Below, one piece after another: positions 15,911 through 23,626 of a DNA stretch of 32,000 nt (within the stretch, counting starts at the first letter, position 1; each line of letters starts with the position of its first letter). The DNA is from Micrococcus luteus NCTC 2665. GTDB taxonomy: Bacteria > Actinomycetota > Actinomycetes > Actinomycetales > Micrococcaceae. The stretch lies in NCBI RefSeq assembly GCF_000023205.1, contig NC_012803.1, forward strand, positions 180,001 to 212,000. The letters are read 5' to 3'. A model generated the notes under the pieces. The model was given only the letters and a program-made list of their open reading frames with translations, ran no database searches and was not told the DNA's origin. The translations under genes and the position numbers were made by a program.

Positions 15911-16836
15911 GCCGCCGGTCGTCGGCGCGCCGGGGCCGGGCCGCGGGCGGATCCGCCGGCCCCGCCGGGATCGAGCCGGGCGTCCACGCGATCACCCACG
16001 GCACCGCCGAGATCCGCGAGGACGCCTTCGAGCCGGGCGCGTTCATCCTCTACGTCAACGGCGTCGAGTCCTCCCCGCTGGACCCCGAGCGCCCCGAGCG
16101 CATGGCCTTCGAGTACATGCGCTGGGCCGCCGCAGCCGTCCGGGCGCACTGGCCGGAGCCCACGCCGCTGCGGGCCCTGCACCTGGGTGGGGCGGGCTGC
16201 GCGCTCGCCCGCTGGGTGGACCACGCGTACCCGGGCTCCCACCAGACCGCGGTGGAGATCGACGCCGGCCTGGCCGCCCTCGCGCGCGAGCGCTTCGGCC
16301 TGCCCCGCGCCCCGGCCCTGCGCATCCGCGTGGCCGACGCCGCCGAGGTCCTGGCCACGGCCCACCCGGCCAGCCGCGACCTGATCATCCGCGACGTCTT
16401 CGCCCCGGACCCCACGGACCTGACCGGCGCCCGCCACATCACCCCGCCGGGCTTCACCGGCCTGGACGCGGCCCGCGCCGCCGCGCGGGTCCTCGCCCCG
16501 GGCGGGCTGTACGTGCTCAACGTGGGCGGCGGGCCGGACCTGACGTGGGTGCGGGCGGACGTGGCCGCCGTCGTCGCCGCGTTCGAGCACGTCGAGGTGA
16601 TCGCGGATCCGCCCATGCTCAAGGGGCGGCGCCGCGGCAACGTCATCGTGGCGGCCTCGGACGCCCCCGTGGCCCGCCCCGCCGCGGACGCCCCGCCCGG
16701 CGCCGATCCCCGCGACCGCCTGGCCCGCGCCCTGCGCACGGACGCCTTCCCGGCCCGGCTCGCGGAGGATCCACGCGGCTTCCCCGCGGGCGTCTCGCCC
16801 GGGATCACGGGGCTCGTCCCGGGCTCCGAGGCGTAG
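15907..16836 (+). CDS. spermidine-synthase-like SAM-dependent methyltransferase-fold protein
   Basis: ILYVNGVESSPLD...FEYMRWAA...LHLGGAGCALARW...AVEIDAGLAALARERF resembles the actinobacterial spermidine synthase-like family. GTG 15907 overlaps the GNAT stop (GTGA), and it is the only in-frame start upstream of the conserved region. Confidence 0.65.
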   Translation: MSRRSSARRGRAAGGSAGPAGIEPGVHAITHGTAEIREDAFEPGAFILYVNGVESSPLDPERPERMAFEYMRWAAAAVRAHWPEPTPLRALHLGGAGCALARWVDHAYPGSHQTAVEIDAGLAALARERFGLPRAPALRIRVADAAEVLATAHPASRDLIIRDVFAPDPTDLTGARHITPPGFTGLDAARAAARVLAPGGLYVLNVGGGPDLTWVRADVAAVVAAFEHVEVIADPPMLKGRRRGNVIVAASDAPVARPAADAPPGADPRDRLARALRTDAFPARLAEDPRGFPAGVSPGITGLVPGSEA

Positions 16837-16856
16837 ACGGGCTCCGAGGCGTAGAC
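16821..16856 (+). repeat. perfect 18-bp tandem duplication spanning a stop codon
   Basis: GGGCTCCGAGGCGTAGAC at 16821-16838 is repeated exactly at 16839-16856. The first copy contains the TAG stop (16834-16836) of the preceding CDS. Confidence 0.95.
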
Positions 16857-16914
16857 TGGAGGCACTCGGCCGGGTCCGCCCGGGGCCCGTCGAGTCTGAC
16901 TCGAGGAGGTCGCC

Positions 16915-17889
16915 ATGTCCGCCCAGACCCAGCCCGCCGCCCCCCGCCGTGAGGACGCACCGCTCGGCGTCCTGGTGGGTGTGGACGGCTCCGACCAGTC
17001 CGTCTCCGCCGCCCGCTGGGCCCAGCGCGAGGCCGCCCTGCGCGGCGAGCCGCTGACCCTCGTCACCGCCTACTCGATCCCCGCGTACTGGGGCTACGGC
17101 GCGGACGCCGGCGGCGCCGTCCTGGACGACTCCCGCCTCCGCGAGGGCGTGCAGGCCCTCCTGGAGGAGGTCGCCGGCAAGCTCGACGCCGACGGGGTGC
17201 GTCCGGAGCTGCGCGTGGAGATCGGCGACGCGGCCGGCGTCCTCGTGGAGCTCTCCGCCGACGCCTCCCTGCTCGTCTCGGGCGCCCGCGGCCGCGGCGG
17301 CTTCATGGGTCGCCTGCTCGGCTCGGTGGCCGCCGCGCTGCCCGGCCACGCGCACTGCCCCGTCGCCCTCATCCCCGCCGGGGTCGAGGCCAGTCGCGCG
17401 GGGGACAGGACCGCCGTCGTGGTGGGCGTCGACGGTTCCGAGCAGGGTCGTGCCGCCGCTCTCGAGGCCGCCGAGGAGGCCCGCCTCCGCCAGGCCCCGC
17501 TGAAGCTCGTGTGCGCCGTCCCGCCCCTGGGCGCGAACGCCGCGTGGCTGGCCGTCAGCCTGGACGAGGAGGCCCGAGAGCGGGAGCTGCGCGAGCGTCT
17601 CGACGCCGGCGCCGCGTGGATCCGCTCCGAGTTCCCCGGCCTCGAGGTCCTCACCGAGCTCGTGGACGGCACCCCCGTGGACGTGTTGGTGGACCAGAGC
17701 GCCACCGCCTGCCTCACCGTGGTGGGCACGCGCGGCCTGGGCGGCTTCGCCGGTGCGATCGTCGGCTCCACGAGCCGCGGCGTCGCGGACCACGCGAAGG
17801 GCCCGGTGCTCGTCGTCCCGTTCCGCAAGGACGTCCGCCTCAGCCGCCGCGCCTCGTTCGGCCCGGTCCAGGACCAGCCGGAGTCCTGA
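16915..17889 (+). CDS. universal stress protein with tandem Usp domains
   Basis: Two Usp modules: VLVGVDGSDQS...GARGRGGFMGRLLGSVAAAL and VVVGVDGSEQG...GTRGLGGFAGAIVGSTSRGV. SD GAGGAGG lies upstream. Confidence 0.9.
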   Translation: MSAQTQPAAPRREDAPLGVLVGVDGSDQSVSAARWAQREAALRGEPLTLVTAYSIPAYWGYGADAGGAVLDDSRLREGVQALLEEVAGKLDADGVRPELRVEIGDAAGVLVELSADASLLVSGARGRGGFMGRLLGSVAAALPGHAHCPVALIPAGVEASRAGDRTAVVVGVDGSEQGRAAALEAAEEARLRQAPLKLVCAVPPLGANAAWLAVSLDEEARERELRERLDAGAAWIRSEFPGLEVLTELVDGTPVDVLVDQSATACLTVVGTRGLGGFAGAIVGSTSRGVADHAKGPVLVVPFRKDVRLSRRASFGPVQDQPES

Positions 17890-17896
17890 CCGGCGT

Positions 17897-18250
17897 TCAG
17901 CCCCAGCCGAGCTCGTGGAGGCGCTCCTCGGAGATGCCGAAGAAATGCCCCACCTCGTGCATGACGGTGACGGTGATCTCGTCCTCGAGCTCGGCGCGGG
18001 AGGTGCAATGGCGGGTGAGTGGACCGCGGAACACCACGATCCGGTCCGGCATCTGCCACGCGAACTCGGCGCGCTCGGTCAGCGGCACGCCCTCGTAGAG
18101 GCCGAAGAGCTCGGTGGCCGGGTCCTCCCAGCGCTGCGGCTCGTACTCGTCCTCCACCACCACGACGACGTTCGTCAGCAGCCGTGCCAGCTCGTCGGGG
18201 ATGCGGGCGAGGGCCGCGGAGACGGCGTCGTCGAACTCCTGCTCGCTCAT
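17897..18250 (-). CDS. small zincin-like metallopeptidase family protein (DUF1025 type)
   Basis: HEVGHFFG zinc motif near the C-terminus, with the family-typical N-terminus MSEQEFDDAVSAALARIPDEL. I chose ATG 18250 (117 aa); the 159-aa extension is Pro/Ala-rich and unlikely to be translated. Confidence 0.75.
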   Translation of the reverse strand: MSEQEFDDAVSAALARIPDELARLLTNVVVVVEDEYEPQRWEDPATELFGLYEGVPLTERAEFAWQMPDRIVVFRGPLTRHCTSRAELEDEITVTVMHEVGHFFGISEERLHELGWG

Positions 18251-18351
18251 CCACGTGGCGGCGGGCTGGTCGGGCGACGGGCGGTGGTCCACGGCGGCTC
18301 CTGGGGGTGCGGGGCTCCGCGGTGCGGAGGGCGGCCGGCCGGCGGCCGGAC

Positions 18352-18381
18352 TTGCCGGAGGGTGTGCGGCCACCATAGACT
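18352..18381 (+). promoter_or_regulatory. candidate promoter of the tRNA cluster
   Basis: TTGCCG (18352-18357), 18 nt, TAGACT (18376-18381), about 37 nt upstream of tRNA-Glu. This is motif inspection only. Confidence 0.35.
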
Positions 18382-18417
18382 CCCAGGGTCCACCTCGGGA
18401 ATCTCGACACCGGACCT

Positions 18418-18490
<73 letters not shown>

Positions 18491-18606
18491 CGCAGAACGG
18501 CCGCCCTCGGCGGCCGGAACGGCACGTGGAGCGTGGATTTGCACGACGCTCGGAGGCTCTGCTAGAGTTTCCACTCGTTGCGAAAGCGGCGAGAACAACA
18601 GAACAT

Positions 18607-18680
18607 GGCCCTGTAGCGCAGTTGGTTAGCGCGCCGCCCTGTCACGGCGGAGGTCGCGGGTTCAAGTCCCGTCAGGGTCG
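18607..18680 (+). tRNA. tRNA-Asp (anticodon GUC)
   Basis: GGCCCTGTAGCGCAGTTGGTTAGCGC..., anticodon loop CTGTCAC, T-arm GGGTTCAAGTCCC. CCA is not encoded. Confidence 0.9.
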
Positions 18681-18752
18681 CTCGGATCGTCCGATCACCG
18701 GCATTCGGAAACGGAGTCCGGTGACGCATGGTCCTGGTGACGAAGGTCGCCG

Positions 18753-18828
18753 GGCTCTGTAGCTCAGTTGGTAGAGCGTACGACTGAAAATCGTAAGGTC
18801 ACCGGATCGACGCCGGTCGGAGCCACCA
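18753..18828 (+). tRNA. tRNA-Phe (anticodon GAA)
   Basis: GGCTCTGTAGCTCAGTTGGTAGAGC..., anticodon loop CTGAAAA, T-arm CCGGATCGACGCCGG. The 3' CCA is encoded. Confidence 0.9.
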
Positions 18829-18834
18829 CTTCGA

Positions 18835-18864
18835 GAAGGCCCCCCGCAGACGCGGGGGGCCTTC
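18835..18864 (+). terminator. stem-loop terminator after the tRNA cluster
   Basis: 13-bp perfect stem: GAAGGCCCCCCGC (18835-18847) pairs with GCGGGGGGCCTTC (18852-18864), with loop AGAC. Confidence 0.65.
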
Positions 18865-18920
18865 GTCGTCCGGGGCGACGGGCCGCTGACAGGCGGCGAC
18901 GCGGTGGGCACACTGGGTCG

Positions 18921-19535
18921 ATGCCCGATTCCCCCTCCCCCCGCTCGACCGGCGGCGAGACCGCGCTCGTGGTGATCGACGTCCAGCACAGCTACTTCGA
19001 GCATCCCGCGCTGGCCGCCCATCAGGCCGAGCTGACGGCGGCGGTCGTGGAACTGCTCAGGGCCGCGCACGAGGCCGGCCGGCCCGTCTTCCTGGTGCGG
19101 ACCGAGCACGCGCGGGACCGCTCCACGTGGACGTTGAACATGCTCGCGGATGGCGAGGGCTTCGCCTTCCCGGGCACCCGGCAGGCCGCTCTGCTCGACG
19201 GGGTCGCGGCCGCCGCCCCGGACGCCGTTGAGGTTGTGAAGACCCGGGACTCCGCCTTCCACGGCACCGGTCTGGCGGCCGAGCTGCGCGGCCGCGGGGT
19301 GGATCGGCTCCTGCTGTGCGGCGTCTCCACCCACAGCTGCATCGTCGAGACCGCCACGGCCGCGTTCGCCCTCGACTTCCACGCCGCGATCGCGACGGAC
19401 GCGATCGCCTCCGAAGAGCCGGCGCTGGCCGCGGCGATGCTCGACTTCCTCCGCGCCGAGATGCGTCAGCCGCTCCTCGGGCAGGACGAGGCACTCACCC
19501 TCCTGCGCACCGGCCTCGTCCCCGACCGGGGCTGA
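18921..19535 (+). CDS. isochorismatase-family cysteine hydrolase
   Basis: ALVVIDVQHSYF (catalytic Asp region) and LLLCGVSTHSCIVETA (catalytic Cys region). ATG 18921 lies downstream of the tRNA terminator; the upstream part of ORF 18768..19535 overlaps tRNA-Phe. Confidence 0.8.
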   Translation: MPDSPSPRSTGGETALVVIDVQHSYFEHPALAAHQAELTAAVVELLRAAHEAGRPVFLVRTEHARDRSTWTLNMLADGEGFAFPGTRQAALLDGVAAAAPDAVEVVKTRDSAFHGTGLAAELRGRGVDRLLLCGVSTHSCIVETATAAFALDFHAAIATDAIASEEPALAAAMLDFLRAEMRQPLLGQDEALTLLRTGLVPDRG

Positions 19536-19542
19536 GGGGCGG

Positions 19543-19809
19543 TCACAGGATCTCGACGTCTCCCTCGTCCGCGCGCGTGCGGTCCTGGGCGTCCTCCTCG
19601 ATGTGCATGGCGGCGGACTCCGCATTGCGCAGGGAGTCCGGGGCACGTCCCTCCCCGGCCCAGTGCTGCGGGTCGTCCGAGCCGCCGCGCACGGGCTGGC
19701 CGTCGCGGCCGTCCTCCGGCTCGGGGTCGCCGGCGGCGTTGGGATCGGCGAGCAGGTCCGTCTCGAGCTCTCGTTCGTCCTCGCGGTCCTCGAAGGGGAC
19801 GTCGGTCAT
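19543..19809 (-). CDS. small, highly acidic, low-complexity protein (88 aa); possibly DUF5709-like, unverified
   Basis: ATG 19809 is preceded by a strong SD, GAGAGGAAGGA. Asp/Glu-rich sequence with the C-terminal motif ESAAMHIEED. Confidence 0.55.
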   Translation of the reverse strand: MTDVPFEDREDERELETDLLADPNAAGDPEPEDGRDGQPVRGGSDDPQHWAGEGRAPDSLRNAESAAMHIEEDAQDRTRADEGDVEIL

Positions 19810-20010
19810 GGTGCGGGTCCTTCCTCTCACGGGCGGGCCCGTCCGGCGCCGCCGTCGTCGTGGTGCCCCACACCCTAGTGAGGCCGCCCACGCCTCACCA
19901 GGGGGCGCCCGCGCCGGGGCCGTGGGCGCGGTCACCCCGCCGGGTGAGACCGTCCACTCGCCCGCGCCTCAGGCGGGGGGCGGTGTGCGGGACCACGTAG
20001 GGTCGGGAGG

Positions 20011-21870
20011 ATGAGCGATCCGACACCGCCCTCGACCGAGCCCATGATCCCCGAGCAACCCGAGAACCATCCGTCCTCGGCGACCGCCCCCGACGCCGGC
20101 GTCGCCCCTGCCACCTCCGCCGCGGCCGCCCGCGACCGCGTCCTGCTGCCGTGGGTGTTCTGGCCCTCCGCGGTCATCGTGCTCTCCTTCGTGGTGGCCA
20201 CGCTGCTCGCCCCCGAGCAGATGACCGTGGGCATCGGCCTGATCCAGCAGGCCATCATCACGAACTTCTCGTGGTGGTACGCCCTCGTCGCCCTGTTCTT
20301 CGTGCTGTTCTGCGGCTACCTCGCGTTCTCCCGCAAGGGCGACATCACGCTGGGCAAGCCCGATGAGAAGCCCGAGTTCTCCACGCTGTCCTGGTTCTCC
20401 CTGCTCTTCGCGGCGGGCATGGGCATCGGCCTCGTGTTCTTCGGCATGACCGAGCCGCTCATGCACTTCACCTCGCCGCGGCCCGACGTGGCGGCCGCCA
20501 ACCCCACCCAGGCGGAGGCCGCCCAGTCGGCGCTGGCCACCACGTTCCTGCATTGGGGCCTGCAGCCCTGGGCGATCTACGCGGTGGTGGGTGTGGCGGT
20601 CGCCCTGGCCATCCACCGGCGTGGCCGTCCCCTCGCGCTGCGCTGGGCCTTCGAGCCGCTGATCGGCGAACGCCGCGTGCGCGGCGGCTGGGGGCACCTG
20701 ATCGACAACATCGCCCTCATCGGCACCGTCTTCGGCGTGGCCACCTCGCTGGGCCTCGGCGTCACCCAGATGTCCGCGGGCCTGCGCTCGCTGGGCATCG
20801 TGCCCGAGGACAGCCCCTGGCTCGAGTACGCCATGATCGGCGCGGTCACCTGTGTGGTGCTCTACACCGTGGTCTCCGGCGTGGAGCGCGGCATGAAGTG
20901 GCTGTCCAACACCAACCTGATCCTGGCCGCCGGCCTGCTGCTGTTCATCGCGATCGTGGGGCCCACCGCGTTCCTGTTCAAGGAGATGGTGCAGTCCCTC
21001 GGCTCCTACATGCAGTACTTCTTCGCGAACTCGCTCAACGTCTCCGCCTTCTACGGCGCCGAGGGCGACGCGTGGCAGGCCGGCTGGAGCGCGTACTACT
21101 GGGGCTGGTGGATGTCCTGGACGCCGTTCGTCGGCATCTTCATCGCCCGCATCTCGCGCGGCCGCACCGTGCGCGAGTTCATCGCCGGCGTGCTGCTGGT
21201 GCCCACCCTGGTCTGCGTGGTCTGGTTCGGCATCCTGGGCGGCACCGCCGTCTTCCTCGAGACCACCCGCCCCGCCGGATACACCTCCGTGGTGGGCGCG
21301 GACGGCGCCATCGACTCGAACACCGCACTGTTCCAGGTGCTCGAGCAGCTGCCCGCGGGCACGATGCTGGTGGTCGGCGCCATCATCCTCTCGGGCATCT
21401 TCTTCATCACCTCCGCCGACTCGGGCTCGCTGGTGATGGGCATGCTCGCCACCGGCGGTGACGTGAACCCGAAGGCCACGGTGAAGATCTTCTTCGCGAT
21501 CGCCACCTCGCTCATGGCCGCGGCCCTGCTGGCCGCGGGCGGCCTGTCCGCGATCCAGGTCCTGGCCATCACCATCGGCCTGCCGTTCTCCGTGATGATG
21601 CTGCTGATCTGCCTGGCCACGTTCCGCTCGCTCGGCTACTCCGTGGCGCGGGTGGAGGCGGTGCGCCGCCAGGCCATGCTGGCCTCCATCAAGGACCGCC
21701 TGGGCCTCGAGTCCGACGACGACGAGGTGGTCGACTCCGGCCCCGTGGCGGCCTCGCAGTGGTGGGCCTCGCTCAGCCGGGACCACCAGCAGCGGATCGC
21801 CGATGCGGCCGCCGGCGTCCCGGCCTCGGAGGGGCCGCGCCGCACCCGGCTGCGCCGCTACGAGCACTGA
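20011..21870 (+). CDS. BCCT-family transporter (betaine/carnitine/choline type osmolyte carrier)
   Basis: WFSLLFAAGMGIGLVFFGMTEPLMHF and WGLQPWAIYAVVG... YWGWWMSWTPFVGIFIARISRGRT are BCCT signature regions. 619 aa with a long hydrophilic C-tail. Confidence 0.9.
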   Translation: MSDPTPPSTEPMIPEQPENHPSSATAPDAGVAPATSAAAARDRVLLPWVFWPSAVIVLSFVVATLLAPEQMTVGIGLIQQAIITNFSWWYALVALFFVLFCGYLAFSRKGDITLGKPDEKPEFSTLSWFSLLFAAGMGIGLVFFGMTEPLMHFTSPRPDVAAANPTQAEAAQSALATTFLHWGLQPWAIYAVVGVAVALAIHRRGRPLALRWAFEPLIGERRVRGGWGHLIDNIALIGTVFGVATSLGLGVTQMSAGLRSLGIVPEDSPWLEYAMIGAVTCVVLYTVVSGVERGMKWLSNTNLILAAGLLLFIAIVGPTAFLFKEMVQSLGSYMQYFFANSLNVSAFYGAEGDAWQAGWSAYYWGWWMSWTPFVGIFIARISRGRTVREFIAGVLLVPTLVCVVWFGILGGTAVFLETTRPAGYTSVVGADGAIDSNTALFQVLEQLPAGTMLVVGAIILSGIFFITSADSGSLVMGMLATGGDVNPKATVKIFFAIATSLMAAALLAAGGLSAIQVLAITIGLPFSVMMLLICLATFRSLGYSVARVEAVRRQAMLASIKDRLGLESDDDEVVDSGPVAASQWWASLSRDHQQRIADAAAGVPASEGPRRTRLRRYEH

Positions 21871-21896
21871 CGTCCGGCCCCCGGGCGCCCTCCCGG

Positions 21897-21950
21897 CCCG
21901 GATGAGAACGGCCCCTGTCCCGCGCGGGACAGGGGCCGTTCTCATCCGGG
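21897..21950. terminator. 54-bp perfect palindrome between convergent transporter genes (bidirectional terminator candidate)
   Basis: 21897-21923 CCCGGATGAGAACGGCCCCTGTCCCGC is the exact reverse complement of 21924-21950. It lies between the stop at 21870 (+) and the stop at 21954 (-). Confidence 0.7.
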
Positions 21951-21953
21951 GGG

Positions 21954-23420
21954 TCAGTCCTCGTGGGACTGGCGGGTGCGGACCACCGGCAGGGTGCCGG
22001 TGCGGTTGTGGGCCGCGGCCGACGCGCGGGTGCCCGTGACGAACCAGGCGAGGGTCAGGACGGCGACCCACACGAGACCGATGATGAGCGCCTGGCGCGA
22101 ATCCGGGATGGTGGCCATGGTGATCACCACGGTGGCCACGAACGCCAGGCCCAGGTAGGTGCCGACGTCGCCCAGCGGCATGGGGAAGGGGGACGGCTCC
22201 GCGCCCTGCTCCGCGACACGCCTGCGCATGGCGCGGTGGGACAGGAAGATCATGGCCCAGGTCAGCACCACGGCGAACGAGGCGACGCTGGCCACCAGGC
22301 TGAAGGCGTTCGGGTCCACGGTGATCAGCACCGCGCCGAGCACCATCACGCCCAGCATCACGGCCACGGACAGCCACGGCACGCCGCCGCGGTTGGTGTG
22401 GGTGAAGGCCCGGGGTGCCTGGCCGTCGTGGGCCATCGAGTAGAGCAGGCGACCGGACGCGTAGATGCAGGCGTTGATCGCGGAGACGGCGGCCGTGAGC
22501 ACCACGAAGTTCAGCAGGTGCGGGGCGAAGGGGACGCCGAGGCCTTCGAAGATCTGCACGAACGGGCTGGCCTTGCCGTCCACCTGGTTCCAGGGGACGA
22601 GGGCCATGATGACCGCCATCGTCAGCACGTAGAACAACAGGATGCGGATCGGCACCGTGTTGATGGCCTTGGGCAGCACCTTCTCCGGGTTCTTGGCCTC
22701 GCCCGCGGCCACGCCGAGGGTCTCGATGCCGCCGAAGGAGAACGTCACGATGGTGAGCGCGGTCAGCACGCCCAGGATGCCGTGCGGCAGGAATCCGCCG
22801 TGGTCCACGAGGTTCGCCAGGCTGGCCTGGGTGCCGTCCGCGGTGGAGGCGCCGGTGAAGAGCAGGATCACACCGCCGAAGATCATCGCCACGATGGCCC
22901 CGACCTTCACGAGCGTCAGCCAGAACTCGGCCTCGCCGAAGTTCCCGACGTGCGTGAAGTTGATCAGGCCGACCACGAGGATCGTGGCGGCGACCCAGGC
23001 CCAGGCCGGGACCCCCGGGAACCAGAACGCCATGTACGCGGTGATGGCGGCGGTGTCCGCGATGATCACGACGGCCAGCTCGAAGACGAAGGTCCAGCCG
23101 GTCACGTAGCCGGCGAAGGGGCCGAGATAACGGGAGGCATAGGCGGCGAAGGAGCCGGAGACGGGCTCACGGAGCGTCATCTCGCCGAGGGCGCGCATCA
23201 CGAGGAACACGGCGGCGCCGGCGACGAGGAAGGACAGGATCACGCCCGGCCCGGCGGCCTGGATGCCGCCGGCCGAGCCGTAGAAGAGGCCGGTGCCCAC
23301 CGCCGTGCCCAGGGCGATGAACATGATGTGCCGCTGGCTCAGGCCGCGGTGCAGCTGCCCGCGGTCCGCGGTGGCCGCGCCGGGCTCGGCGACGTGGGAG
23401 CCGGAGGGGGAGGTGCTCAC
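21954..23420 (-). CDS. amino acid permease (APC superfamily, AAT family)
   Basis: LSQRHIMFIALGTAVGTGLFYGSAGGIQAAGPGVILSFLVAGAAVFLVMRALGEM is the classical AAT-family N-terminal block. About 12 TM segments. GTG start with GGAGA upstream. Confidence 0.9.
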   Translation of the reverse strand: MSTSPSGSHVAEPGAATADRGQLHRGLSQRHIMFIALGTAVGTGLFYGSAGGIQAAGPGVILSFLVAGAAVFLVMRALGEMTLREPVSGSFAAYASRYLGPFAGYVTGWTFVFELAVVIIADTAAITAYMAFWFPGVPAWAWVAATILVVGLINFTHVGNFGEAEFWLTLVKVGAIVAMIFGGVILLFTGASTADGTQASLANLVDHGGFLPHGILGVLTALTIVTFSFGGIETLGVAAGEAKNPEKVLPKAINTVPIRILLFYVLTMAVIMALVPWNQVDGKASPFVQIFEGLGVPFAPHLLNFVVLTAAVSAINACIYASGRLLYSMAHDGQAPRAFTHTNRGGVPWLSVAVMLGVMVLGAVLITVDPNAFSLVASVASFAVVLTWAMIFLSHRAMRRRVAEQGAEPSPFPMPLGDVGTYLGLAFVATVVITMATIPDSRQALIIGLVWVAVLTLAWFVTGTRASAAAHNRTGTLPVVRTRQSHED

Positions 23421-23595
23421 GTGAAGTCTCCGCTCGAAGGGGGTGGATCAGGACACGCCATGGTGACTCGTGACACAGCGGTCATGCCACTTTGTCCGGT
23501 GTGATGCGAGTCATCGTGGACGTTACGTCGCGTTTATCCGGCCAGGCCGGATGATGTGACCTCGGCCACCGCCGATTCCCCGCGGAAGGTCTGTG

Positions 23596-23619
23596 GCGCC
23601 CCGGCGTGTCCCGGGGCGC
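23596..23619 (-). terminator. short GC-rich hairpin just downstream of the alpha-glucosidase stop
   Basis: GCGCCCCGG (23596-23604) pairs with CCGGGGCGC (23611-23619), with a 6-nt loop. Confidence 0.4.
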
Positions 23620-23626
23620 GCCCGGT

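Noticed and set aside
18567-18719. Fragments in the tRNA spacers that resemble the repeat unit: GCTTTCGCAACGAGTGGAAAC on the minus strand at 18567-18587, and TTCGGAAACGGAGTCC at 18704-18719.
   Set aside because: They need a 3-nt insertion or cover only half a unit. This is too degenerate to separate from chance without a genome-wide profile search.
18526-18762. A 78-aa ORF across the tRNA region, and the N-terminal 51 codons of ORF 18768-19535.
   Set aside because: They overlap the tRNA-Asp and tRNA-Phe genes and the tRNA terminator hairpin.
18753-21870. Possible genomic island integrated at tRNA-Phe, suggested by the accessory-looking hydrolase, small acidic protein and transporters downstream.
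   Set aside because: There is no integrase or recombinase, I could find no repeat of the tRNA 3' end downstream, and composition does not visibly shift. The gene content is ordinary.
23421-23626. Possible glycine or amino-acid riboswitch, or an operator (palindrome ATCCGGCCAGGCCGGAT at about 23536-23552), in the lower-GC leader of the amino-acid permease.
   Set aside because: I could not recognise the glycine-riboswitch core or any other known leader. The palindrome is short and GC-rich. This is worth an Rfam scan but is not supportable from inspection alone.
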